This document shows positions 32,452-40,447 of a stretch of 64,000 nt of DNA, piece after piece (within the stretch, counting starts at the first letter, position 1; every line of letters starts with the position of its first letter). Both the position numbers and the translations under genes were made by a program. The stretch lies in contig JAJZVA010000002.1 of assembly GCA_021845905.1 (NCBI GenBank), positions 12,577 through 76,576 on the forward strand, read 5' to 3'. Under the pieces are notes generated by a model. The model worked only from the letters and a program-made list of their open reading frames with translations, was not told where the DNA came from and did no database searches. The DNA comes from Pseudomonadota bacterium. GTDB lineage: Bacteria > Pseudomonadota > Alphaproteobacteria > Micavibrionales > UBA2020.

Positions 32452-33480
32452 ATGAATATGGACAACGAATCCGGCTTCGACGCTGAACCTTCCGCAAAAA
32501 AACCGAAAGTCGGCCGTTTCCGCGGCACTGCGGGGCGGCTTCGCCAGGGCAAGGAAAATCATTTAAGCCATCGCGCCAGCCTCGACTGGCGGCTTGACCG
32601 TGAACGCGTCTGTATGCCGAACGCGGCGGCGGAGCGGGTCTGCGATACGCTCGCTTCCTTGCGTGACGATTTGATGCAATCGCGCACCGGCGCCGTTCTG
32701 CTCGAAGAGGCGGACAGGCAGAGGCTTGAGATTTCCTATGATTCGCAAACGCCGCAGTCGCAGTTTTATCCGCGCGGCGGAAAAAGCGCGATCGTCCTCA
32801 ATCCGGATTATCCGCGCGGCGGCCTGCTCGGCATGCTGTGCCGCGAACTCCGGCGCGCGTGGCAATATTATCAGGGCGCTTTCGTCAACCCGATGGGCTT
32901 CGAGCCGGACGAGGCGGTGCTGGTCAACCGCGCGCAGCAGGCGGACGCTTTCATGATCGCGGTCAAGGTCGCATGGGAGCTGAAGCTCGCGGGCCTGCCG
33001 GAGACGTGGGATTTCATGTCCGGCTCGCCGGTCGCGGCGGTGACGCGCGCGTTCGAAACGCAGGCGCGGGAAGATTTCCGCTCGCTCAACAACGGCGAGG
33101 CCTCGCGCGCCGCCTACGACAGGTTCTTCGACGGCAGCTGCACCAAGGCGCACGACAAGCGGATCATTCATCAAATGCTGCTCGACGACGCGGGCTACAT
33201 GAAAGCGCAGAAGAAAGACGGCCACGCCGACATGGAAATGTTCCGCAAGATGGGCGAACTGCCGCACGGCCACAACTATCTTTCCCTGCGCGGCAAGCGT
33301 TTGCCGACCGACCTTTGCTACGCGACGGTCGAGGACCGCTCCAACGCCAACTTTTTGTGGTTCATCAAGTTCGAGCGCAGCTTCCAGGAAAAGGAAATGG
33401 AGATGCTGAAGAACTCCGTCCGCGCCTCGGCGGAGATCGTCGATTTGAGTGCCTGGACAGCGCGGCACGCGCGTCCTTAA
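32452..33480 (+). CDS. hypothetical protein
   Basis: 342-aa ORF with no catalytic motif recognised. The 3' end and stop lie in a 33-bp tandem duplication. Confidence 0.5.
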   Translation: MNMDNESGFDAEPSAKKPKVGRFRGTAGRLRQGKENHLSHRASLDWRLDRERVCMPNAAAERVCDTLASLRDDLMQSRTGAVLLEEADRQRLEISYDSQTPQSQFYPRGGKSAIVLNPDYPRGGLLGMLCRELRRAWQYYQGAFVNPMGFEPDEAVLVNRAQQADAFMIAVKVAWELKLAGLPETWDFMSGSPVAAVTRAFETQAREDFRSLNNGEASRAAYDRFFDGSCTKAHDKRIIHQMLLDDAGYMKAQKKDGHADMEMFRKMGELPHGHNYLSLRGKRLPTDLCYATVEDRSNANFLWFIKFERSFQEKEMEMLKNSVRASAEIVDLSAWTARHARP

Positions 33481-33540
33481 ACTTCCTTATCAGCGCGGCA
33501 CGCGCGTCCTTAAACTTCCTCATCAGCGCGGCACGCGCGC
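33458..33540. repeat. 33-bp tandem repeat, about 2.5 copies, duplicating the 3' end and stop of the 32452-33480 gene
   Basis: CAGCGCGGCACGCGCGTCCTTAAACTTCCT(T/C)AT was read directly at 33458-33490 and 33491-33523, with a partial third copy. Confidence 0.9.
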
Positions 33541-33609
33541 ATCTTCAAATCCGCTCCATCTCTAGGAAAATGGCGCCTTTTCGACGCCCGCCGCCTCGGC
33601 CCGCGCCAT

Positions 33610-34338
33610 TCACGGCGCGGCGATCGTCGACGTCATGTTGTGATCCTGAAGCCAGCTTTGCGCAAGGCCGTAGGCGTTCTCGCGCTGGCGGCGGCCGATC
33701 TGCGCCAGCATGTTGTCAAGGTCGCTTTGCGCGCGCGCCTTGTCGGGGTTGCCCGCGGGGTTGTTGTTGACGGCGATATAAAGCCACATCGTCGCGGTGA
33801 CGACGTTCTGCTGCACGCCGTTGCCGGTATAATAGACGATCCCGAGATAATGGGCGGCGAGGCCGCGCCCGGCATTGGCCGCGCTGGTCAGGAGCTTGAT
33901 CGCCTTGCCGGGATTCTTTTTCACGCCCTGCCCGTTGAGATACATGATGCCGAGCAATTCCTCCGCGTCGGGATAACTGTCATTGGCGATCGTCTTGAGA
34001 TGCGCCGCCGCGAGGGCGTACTCCCCCCTCTGATAGGCATTTTGAATGTCCGCCATGTTCATGATCTGGTCCGCGCCGCCGTTGTCGGACGCATCGGCGT
34101 CCGGCGCGGTTTTCTCCGCCATCGCTTTTGTTTTCATCATCATCAGGCCGGGCGGCACGTCGTCGTATTCGGTGAGCGGCTGCGCGCCGTCGCCGGAGGA
34201 TTGCGCCGCCGGTTGCGCCCCGGAGGCCTGCTGCTGTTGCGCCTGCGCGGCTTGCTGCTGTTGCGCCCGCGCGGCGCTGGCGTGACCTAACATCAAGAGC
34301 GAAGCAAAAGCGATCGCTGGCAAAAGGCGTGTGCGCAT
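33610..34338 (-). CDS. secreted Sel1-repeat (TPR-like) protein
   Basis: The start MRTRLLPAIAFASLLMLGHASAARA is a signal peptide, preceded by AAGGAGGA. A poly-Q/A linker follows, then Sel1-type repeats (LLGIMYLNGQGVKKNPGKAIKLL, YLGIVYYTGNGVQQNVVTATMWL). Confidence 0.8.
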   Translation of the reverse strand: MRTRLLPAIAFASLLMLGHASAARAQQQQAAQAQQQQASGAQPAAQSSGDGAQPLTEYDDVPPGLMMMKTKAMAEKTAPDADASDNGGADQIMNMADIQNAYQRGEYALAAAHLKTIANDSYPDAEELLGIMYLNGQGVKKNPGKAIKLLTSAANAGRGLAAHYLGIVYYTGNGVQQNVVTATMWLYIAVNNNPAGNPDKARAQSDLDNMLAQIGRRQRENAYGLAQSWLQDHNMTSTIAAP

Positions 34339-34438
34339 GGATCCTCCTTGTAATATTTCGTAAGCGGGGTTTTGTAACGGCGATGAAAATCCTACACGCT
34401 TTCGGGCCGAAAGGCAAAGCCGCCCCGCGCGTCCGGTT

Positions 34439-35398
34439 TTATTTCTGAAAGACCAGCGCGCACCAGCCCTCGTTCGGATTGCTGCGGCTTTTGATGATTT
34501 CCTCGTGCACGCGGCGCAGGCCGAGTTTTTCATGCACGGCGGCGACCTCTTCTTTTTGCCGCAGGAGCAGGCCGGAGAGCACGGCGATGCCGCCGCCGCC
34601 GAGCGCCGCGACGAGTGCCGGAGCCATGGCGATCAGCGGGTTGGCCAGAATATTGGCGGTGACGATATCATAAGGCGCGTTTTGCCCGGCAAGCGGCGTC
34701 GCAAAACCGTCGCCCGCCTGCGCGGCGAGCGCGGCGCCGTTCATCCGCGCATGACGCTGCGTGACGATGACGCTTTCTTCCTCGATATCGACGGCGGAGG
34801 CTTTTATTTCCGGCCACAATTTCGTCATGGCGATGGCGAGAATGCCCGAGCCGCAGCCCATGTCCAATCCGTTCCTGAACGTCTCTCCCTTCTCTTTCAG
34901 CCAGACGAGCGCTTCGAGACAGCCGCGCGTCGTCTCATGCTCGCCGGAGCCGAAGGCCGTGGCGGCGTCGATCTGCAGCGGGATGAGATTTTCGGGCTTT
35001 GCGCCGTCGTAATGCGAGCCGTAAATGAAAAACCGGCTGGTGGCGATCGGCGGGAAGTTCTCGTGCACATGGCGGAGCCAGTCTTTTTCCGGCAGTTTTT
35101 CCACAATGACGTCTTTTTCCTCAAGCAACCGCGGCAGACCCGCTTCGGCGGCCGCTTCCGCCGCGCGGCGCACGATCTCGGCCTTGTCCGGCGCGCCGAG
35201 CGTGGTGAGCGTGATGTCCCAGTCGTCGCCGTCGTCCGCGTCGCGGTTGCGCAGGGATACGGAAACGCACAGGTCCTCCAGCGCGGCGGAGAGCGTTTCC
35301 GGCAGCGCGCCGTTCAGCGTGCGGTTGAAATTCAGCCGCACCGTGCGCAGGTCGTGCGGGGAGATGTCGTCGTCCGTCATTATGGGCGTTCGTTGCAT
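34439..35398 (-). CDS. prmA: ribosomal protein L11 methyltransferase
   Basis: SAM motif LDMGCGSGILAIA. The start was chosen among several in-frame ATGs so that the gene does not overlap the divergent thiolase start, and it remains uncertain. Confidence 0.8.
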   Translation of the reverse strand: MQRTPIMTDDDISPHDLRTVRLNFNRTLNGALPETLSAALEDLCVSVSLRNRDADDGDDWDITLTTLGAPDKAEIVRRAAEAAAEAGLPRLLEEKDVIVEKLPEKDWLRHVHENFPPIATSRFFIYGSHYDGAKPENLIPLQIDAATAFGSGEHETTRGCLEALVWLKEKGETFRNGLDMGCGSGILAIAMTKLWPEIKASAVDIEEESVIVTQRHARMNGAALAAQAGDGFATPLAGQNAPYDIVTANILANPLIAMAPALVAALGGGGIAVLSGLLLRQKEEVAAVHEKLGLRRVHEEIIKSRSNPNEGWCALVFQK

Positions 35399-35471
35399 GC
35401 GCCTTATCATATTGACCGGCGCGGTTTTGTCCACCATATTTGAAAGGGTTAACAAATCGGGGGACATATTC

Positions 35472-36614
35472 ATGGATAAAAACGTCGTACTCGCGGGCTA
35501 CAAGCGCACGCCTTTTCACTTCGCGGGCAAAGGCGCGCTGGCGGGCGTGCGGCCTGACGATCTTGCCGCCGCTGCGGTCATGGCGCTGCTGAAACAGTGC
35601 GGCATCGACGGCGCGGACGTCGAAGACCTGATCATGGGTTGCGCCTTCCCCGAGGGCGAGCAGGGCTTCAACGTCGCCCGTCTCGTGGTCAACATGACGG
35701 GCCTGCCCGTCTCGGTCGGCGGGGTGACGGTCAACCGGTTCTGCGGCTCCTCGATGCAATCCATTCATCAGGCGGCAGGGGCGATCGCCATGGGCGCGGG
35801 CGAGGCTTTTATCTGCGCGGGCGTGGAATCGATGTCGCGCATCCCGATGGGCGGCTTCAACCCCCTGCCCAATCCCGCTCTGGTGAAAAGCTTTCCGCAG
35901 GCCTACATGGGCATGGGCGAAACGGCGGAGAACCTCGCCAGAAAATACAATATCTCGCGCGAGAAGCAGGATGCCTTCGCCGCGCGCTCGCAGAAGAAAG
36001 CGGCCGACGCCCGCGCCGCCGGAAAGTTCAAGGACGAAATCGCGCCCGTCACCGCGCCTTCGGGAGAGATCGTCTCCCAAGACGGCTGCATCCGTCCGGA
36101 GACGACGGCGGAAGCGCTGGCGGGGCTGAAGCCCGCGTTCGATGCTGAAGGCACGGTCACCGCGGGCACCTCCTCGCCGCTCACCGACGGCGCGGTGGCG
36201 ACGCTGGTCTGCTCGGAAGATTACGCGCGGGCGCACAACCTCGACATCATGGCGCGGATCAAGGCCATTTCGGTATGCGGCTGCCCGCCGGAGATCATGG
36301 GCATCGGCCCCGTCGGCGCGACGGGCAAGGCGCTTGCCCGCGCGGGCCTCTCGCTTGCCGACATCGACGTCATCGAGCTCAATGAAGCCTTCGCCGCGCA
36401 ATCGCTCGCGGTCATCGAGGAGTTGAAACTCGATCAGGAAAAAACAAACATCGACGGCGGGGCGATCGCGCTCGGCCACCCGCTCGGCGCGTCGGGCGCC
36501 CGCATCACCGCCAAGGCGGCGCAAATCATGAAGCGCGAAGGCAAAAAGCGCGCCCTCGCCACCATGTGCATCGGCGGCGGACAAGGCATCGCGACGGTGC
36601 TGGAAGCCGTCTAG
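35472..36614 (+). CDS. acetyl-CoA acyltransferase (thiolase)
   Basis: Start MDKNVVLAGYKRTPF, active-site RFCGSSMQ, GHPLGASGAR and CIGGGQG. Confidence 0.9.
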   Translation: MDKNVVLAGYKRTPFHFAGKGALAGVRPDDLAAAAVMALLKQCGIDGADVEDLIMGCAFPEGEQGFNVARLVVNMTGLPVSVGGVTVNRFCGSSMQSIHQAAGAIAMGAGEAFICAGVESMSRIPMGGFNPLPNPALVKSFPQAYMGMGETAENLARKYNISREKQDAFAARSQKKAADARAAGKFKDEIAPVTAPSGEIVSQDGCIRPETTAEALAGLKPAFDAEGTVTAGTSSPLTDGAVATLVCSEDYARAHNLDIMARIKAISVCGCPPEIMGIGPVGATGKALARAGLSLADIDVIELNEAFAAQSLAVIEELKLDQEKTNIDGGAIALGHPLGASGARITAKAAQIMKREGKKRALATMCIGGGQGIATVLEAV

Positions 36615-36637
36615 GCCAACCAAAGCCGGAAACTGTA

Positions 36638-37642
36638 ATGAACATACCTCCTGTTTTGAAAGCCGACATGCATGTCCACCTTGAGGGCACGATCACGCCC
36701 GCGATGGTGGAAAAAATCGCCCGCCGCAACAACATCGCCGTGCCCGCAGGGCTGATCAGGAACGGAAAATTCACCTGGGCGGACGACGGCACGGCGGCGG
36801 GCAACCTCAAGGGGTTCGTGCAGGCCTACGACGACGCCACCGGCGTGATGAAATGCGCGGAGGATTATACCGACATCACCTATGATTACCTGAAGCGCAG
36901 TGCGGATGAAGGCTGCATTTACGCGGAGATTTTCATTTCCGTCGATCATGGAAAAATGGTCGGCCTCGCCTACCCCGAGATGCTCGCCGCGATCGCCAAA
37001 GGCTACGAGAAAGCCAAAGTGGAAACGGGAATGGAAGCGCGGTTCATCTCCACCTGCGTGCGCCACTACGGTCCGGAGGCGGCGTTGCGCGTCGCCAAAA
37101 TCACCCATGACAATCCGCATCCGCTGGTGACGGGCTTCGGCATGGCGGGCGATGAAAACGCCTATACGGTCGCGGACTTCAAGCCCGCCTATGACGCGGC
37201 GTTCGATGCCGCCGCCCTGCCCTTCCGCACCGCGCACGCGGGCGAGGCCGCGGGGCCGCAAAGCGTCCGCGACGCGCGCGACATTTTAAAGCTCCGCCGC
37301 TTCGGCCACATGGTGCGGGCGGTCGACGATCCCGCGCTGATCGCAGAACAGAAGAAAATAAACGCCGTGCCGGAGGTCTGCGTTTCCAGCAACCTCGCCC
37401 TGCGCGCGTTCAAGGATTACGCCGCGCACCCTTTGCGCAAATTTTTCGACGCGGGACTGAAAGTCGTGCTCGGTTCGGACGATCCCGCGTTTTTCAACAC
37501 CGGCATCGGCAAGGAATACGCGATCGCCAAAGAAGAATTCGCCTTCAGCGACGCGGAACTTTCGCGCATCACCCGCAATGCGATCGAGGAAGCGTTCATC
37601 GACGATGCGACGCGCGCAAAACTGCTGGCGAAGCTGGCGTAA
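36638..37642 (+). CDS. add: adenosine/adenine deaminase family protein
   Basis: Start MNIPPVLKADMHVHLEGT. Metal ligands HVHLEG, FGMAGDE and SDDP are present. Confidence 0.8.
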   Translation: MNIPPVLKADMHVHLEGTITPAMVEKIARRNNIAVPAGLIRNGKFTWADDGTAAGNLKGFVQAYDDATGVMKCAEDYTDITYDYLKRSADEGCIYAEIFISVDHGKMVGLAYPEMLAAIAKGYEKAKVETGMEARFISTCVRHYGPEAALRVAKITHDNPHPLVTGFGMAGDENAYTVADFKPAYDAAFDAAALPFRTAHAGEAAGPQSVRDARDILKLRRFGHMVRAVDDPALIAEQKKINAVPEVCVSSNLALRAFKDYAAHPLRKFFDAGLKVVLGSDDPAFFNTGIGKEYAIAKEEFAFSDAELSRITRNAIEEAFIDDATRAKLLAKLA

Positions 37643-37688
37643 AAGCCGCGCGGGCAACCGCTACGCCCCGACGGCAAAACGGCGCCGA

Positions 37689-38402
37689 TCAGGAAAGGCT
37701 GTCGATCAGATTCTTGTAAGAGCCGACCGTTCTGCGCGGCGTTGCGGTTGCTGTTGCGGGCGCTTTTTGCTGCGGGTCTTCTTTATGCGCGCTGATTCCG
37801 GCGGCGGTGAAGCGTTCGCGCAACGAAGGATACCCCTTGAGAAGCGCTTCAAAATCCGCCGACCTGGCCAGTTCCCTGAGAGGGGCTTTCTCGATGAGGT
37901 CGGCTTCCAGTTTATGAGCGGTTTGCGCCAGTGTATAAAGTTTGTCGCGCGCCGGCCAGAAGCCGATGGCGGCATAGAGCGCATTCCTTTCTTTTTCCTC
38001 TAAATCCGATTCGCTTTTTTGGGACGTCGTATTGAGCGGAGGTATGTTTCTGTCGGCGTCAGTGATTTTGTGATTGAGAATATCGGCCCATATAACAAGC
38101 GCGCCGACGCCTGTCGCATAGCCCGCCATGACGGCGGCGCGCTTGGCGTAGGTTCTGCCGGTATGTTTTGCGCCTTCTTTTGCCCGCGCGGAAACAAGAT
38201 TTCGCGCCTGCCGTTCGATGTGACTGGCCGTGTATCTGGCGCAATATTGCAGGTTATTCAGAGCGAGAATCTGCTTCGCCGGATCGTTTTTGATCGCCAT
38301 GGCTTTATTGTATTGCACCGTGACGTCCGCGACCTCTTTTTCGATCTCGGCCTTGAGAAGCGCGTTTTCCTGATTGCGATCGGTTTTATTTTTTCGTGCC
38401 AT
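37689..38402 (-). CDS. single-pass coiled-coil membrane protein, paralog family P (copy 2)
   Basis: 237 aa. Contains KNDPAKQILAL, GRTYAKRAAVMAGYATGVGALVIW, PLRELARSADF, RERFTAAG and SYKNL. Its start lies 1 nt after the upstream paralog stop. Confidence 0.6.
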   Translation of the reverse strand: MARKNKTDRNQENALLKAEIEKEVADVTVQYNKAMAIKNDPAKQILALNNLQYCARYTASHIERQARNLVSARAKEGAKHTGRTYAKRAAVMAGYATGVGALVIWADILNHKITDADRNIPPLNTTSQKSESDLEEKERNALYAAIGFWPARDKLYTLAQTAHKLEADLIEKAPLRELARSADFEALLKGYPSLRERFTAAGISAHKEDPQQKAPATATATPRRTVGSYKNLIDSLS

Positions 38403-38403
38403 G

Positions 38404-39063
38404 TTACGGCTCCAAAGTTAAATGTTTGTAGGATCTCATCGTTTTGCACGGCGCGGCGGCGGTTTCCGGCCCGGTTTCCGTTTTGGCGGCGGTTTCCGGT
38501 TTTGGCAGGGCCGCGGCGGCGGCGAAACGGGCGTGGAGCGGCGCGCAACAGTGGTATCTGGCGTAGCCCATGTCATAGATTTCGCCAAAGCGCGGCGAAT
38601 GGACGAGTTGTTGCAGGTCGCAGGTGTTGACCATCTCCTGGAGGCTCTCCCATACGGCCTGACGCTGTTCTTTTATTTTGCGGGCGAGACTGCCGACGGC
38701 GGCGTCGGCGAGAATATTCTTCCGCTCTTCTTCCTGCTGGCGGACCGAGATCCATTGCGCCTCCCAGTCGCTGACCACTATCGCGCCGACAAGGGTCATA
38801 AAGGCTAATATCCCTGCGGCGCGCTTGGCATAGGTTCTCGGCGTGCGTGCGGCGCGCTTTTTCGCCAGCCGGTCTATTTCCGGTGTTTTGTCTTCGTCCG
38901 CCATGCGCCCGAACAGGTCCAGCAACGCCATGATTTTTTCACCGGGGTCGGCGATGTTGCCGGTTTTGATGCGCTCTTGCTCGTATTTATCGAAGAAAGC
39001 TTGCAGGTCAGCGGCAAGTATGGCGTGTTCGCTGGCGTGGCGCGCGTCTTTTTTTCCCGACAT
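38404..39063 (-). CDS. single-pass coiled-coil membrane protein, paralog family P (copy 3)
   Basis: 219 aa. Contains NIADPGEKIMAL, LAKKRAARTPRTYAKRAAGILAFMTLVGAIVV, DLQQLVHSPRF, RFAAAAA and SYKHL. Confidence 0.6.
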   Translation of the reverse strand: MSGKKDARHASEHAILAADLQAFFDKYEQERIKTGNIADPGEKIMALLDLFGRMADEDKTPEIDRLAKKRAARTPRTYAKRAAGILAFMTLVGAIVVSDWEAQWISVRQQEEERKNILADAAVGSLARKIKEQRQAVWESLQEMVNTCDLQQLVHSPRFGEIYDMGYARYHCCAPLHARFAAAAALPKPETAAKTETGPETAAAPCKTMRSYKHLTLEP

Positions 39064-39067
39064 GGCG

Positions 39068-39742
39068 TTACACTCCTTTGATGAAATGATCGTAGCGCGC
39101 GGGGTCTATGGATTTGCCTGCCGGTTTTGCGGCGGCCTGCTGCGCGGGCGGCTTCTCGGCCGGTGCGAAGCGCTTGTCGCCGAGTGCGGATTGCGCCGCG
39201 GCCGCGGCCTGAAAACGGTCGCGCACCGGCTCATAGACTTTATAAAGTCTGGCGAAGTGGCGCGATTTGGAAAGCTCCTGCAGATCGCAAAGTTCCGTCG
39301 CGGCGGCCAGCAGTTCTCCCGTGCGCGCGACGCAGTCCGCCAGTCTTTTTTGTTCCGCGCGGATCATGGGCTCGTCGCGGAGTTTCGCGCGTTCTTTCTC
39401 TATATCTCTTATCGACGTCCAGTCCGGGTCATCACCCGACGTATAGAGAGCCATGCCGCCAACAATGGTCATGCAGGTCAATGTCAGCGCGACGCGTTTG
39501 GCATAGGTTCTCGGCGTGCGGGCGGCGCGCTTGCGGGCAAGCGTCTCTTGAAGGCGATCCACTTGCGCGACGGCAGCGTGCAAATCTTCCCGCAGTTCGA
39601 TGAGCGCGAGAATTTTCTGCGCCGGGTCGCGGATGTTGTCCATGGCGTCGACGCGCGTTTCCACGGCGTCGACCTGCTCTTTTATTGCGGCGCGCAACGC
39701 GGCGTTTTCGAGCGCTCTTTTTTCATCTTTTTTCGCGGACAT
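39068..39742 (-). CDS. single-pass coiled-coil membrane protein, paralog family P (copy 4, first gene of the operon)
   Basis: 224 aa. Contains NIRDPAQKILAL, LARKRAARTPRTYAKRVALTLTCMTIVGGMAL, DLQELSKSRHF, RFQAAAAA and RYDHF. Confidence 0.6.
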   Translation of the reverse strand: MSAKKDEKRALENAALRAAIKEQVDAVETRVDAMDNIRDPAQKILALIELREDLHAAVAQVDRLQETLARKRAARTPRTYAKRVALTLTCMTIVGGMALYTSGDDPDWTSIRDIEKERAKLRDEPMIRAEQKRLADCVARTGELLAAATELCDLQELSKSRHFARLYKVYEPVRDRFQAAAAAQSALGDKRFAPAEKPPAQQAAAKPAGKSIDPARYDHFIKGV

Positions 39743-39782
39743 TTTCGAGACTCTCCCGTATTGAATTTACAGATACACGGAG

Positions 39783-39825
39783 ATGCTAGACAAGTTTTAT
39801 ATGTTATGCAATGGATTTCTGAAAA
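39783..39825 (-). promoter_or_regulatory. promoter (TTGCAT-N17-TAGCAT) with a conserved 22-nt motif shared with 32198-32219
   Basis: Plus-strand TTATGCAATGGATTTCTGAAAA at 39804-39825. It lies in the AT-rich island immediately upstream of the 39742 start. Confidence 0.5.
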
Positions 39826-39869
39826 TAAACCAGCAATGTTTATAATATATGGGAAAATATCGCCGTATT

Positions 39870-40217
39870 TTAGCGGCGGAAAGCCGCCGGTTGGGGCGCG
39901 GCGGCGGGCGCGGCCGATCCGCGCAGGGCGATATCTTCGGCGATGGCCAGACGGGCGATTTTTCGCCCTATATCCGGATTGACCGAGAGCAACGCCTGCT
40001 TGGCGGCGCCAAAGGCGCGTATCGCCGCGAACTGCTCCGGATCGCGCAGGTGCTTGAGCAGGCTGGGCTTCGCGCCCTGTCTTGCGCGGGCGCGGTTGTT
40101 AAAGGCGTTTTCGCTGAGGCGCAGACGGCGCGTTGCGCCATGAAACTGTTGCAGAACGGCTTCGGCGGCGGCGCGGTCTTGCCCCGCGGGCGTGGCGACG
40201 AACATCTTTTCCAGCAT
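39870..40217 (-). CDS. hypothetical protein, possibly a truncated relative of family P (C-terminal module only)
   Basis: The minus-strand ORF looks more protein-like than the Arg/Gly-rich plus-strand ORF 39849-40352. LLKHLRDPEQFAAI has the same spacing as DLQELSKSRHFARL. The start (40217 or 40298) is uncertain. Confidence 0.3.
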   Translation of the reverse strand: MLEKMFVATPAGQDRAAAEAVLQQFHGATRRLRLSENAFNNRARARQGAKPSLLKHLRDPEQFAAIRAFGAAKQALLSVNPDIGRKIARLAIAEDIALRGSAAPAAAPQPAAFRR

Positions 40218-40420
40218 ATCAAGACGCGTGCCGCGAAAGGCGCGGGTCAAGGGGCCCGCTGTGCCGTTTTGCCTGTCATGTCGCGTCTGCCGCACCACTC
40301 TCTTTTATTCTCCGTCTTCTTGCCGCTTGCTTTTTTCGCGCAAGTGGTTTAACTATTTTCCTTAACCATTATACTCTTGCTTATGATGTATAGTAACCCG
40401 AAAATGAGCCTGTGGATAGA

Positions 40421-40436
40421 TTAACTTTAAATTAAC
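40421..40436 (+). promoter_or_regulatory. CtrA-box-like site TTAA-N7-TTAAC
   Basis: TTAACTTTAAATTAAC lies 11 nt upstream of the mnmG ATG. A DnaA-box-like CTATCCACA (reverse, 40411-40419) is adjacent. Confidence 0.3.
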
Positions 40437-40447
40437 AAGATAACATC

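Noticed and set aside
39849-40352. Plus-strand 167-aa ORF as the coding strand of this interval.
   Set aside because: It has an Arg/Gly-rich, low-complexity composition. The minus-strand ORF is more protein-like and shares a motif with the neighbouring family P genes. Even that call is low confidence.
40299-40447. Alternative oriC in the mnmG upstream region, by analogy with the enterobacterial gidA-adjacent origin.
   Set aside because: It has only one DnaA-box-like 9-mer (1 mismatch) and a short AT-rich stretch. The hemE-adjacent gap has six boxes including a perfect one. I kept this region only as a minor regulatory observation.
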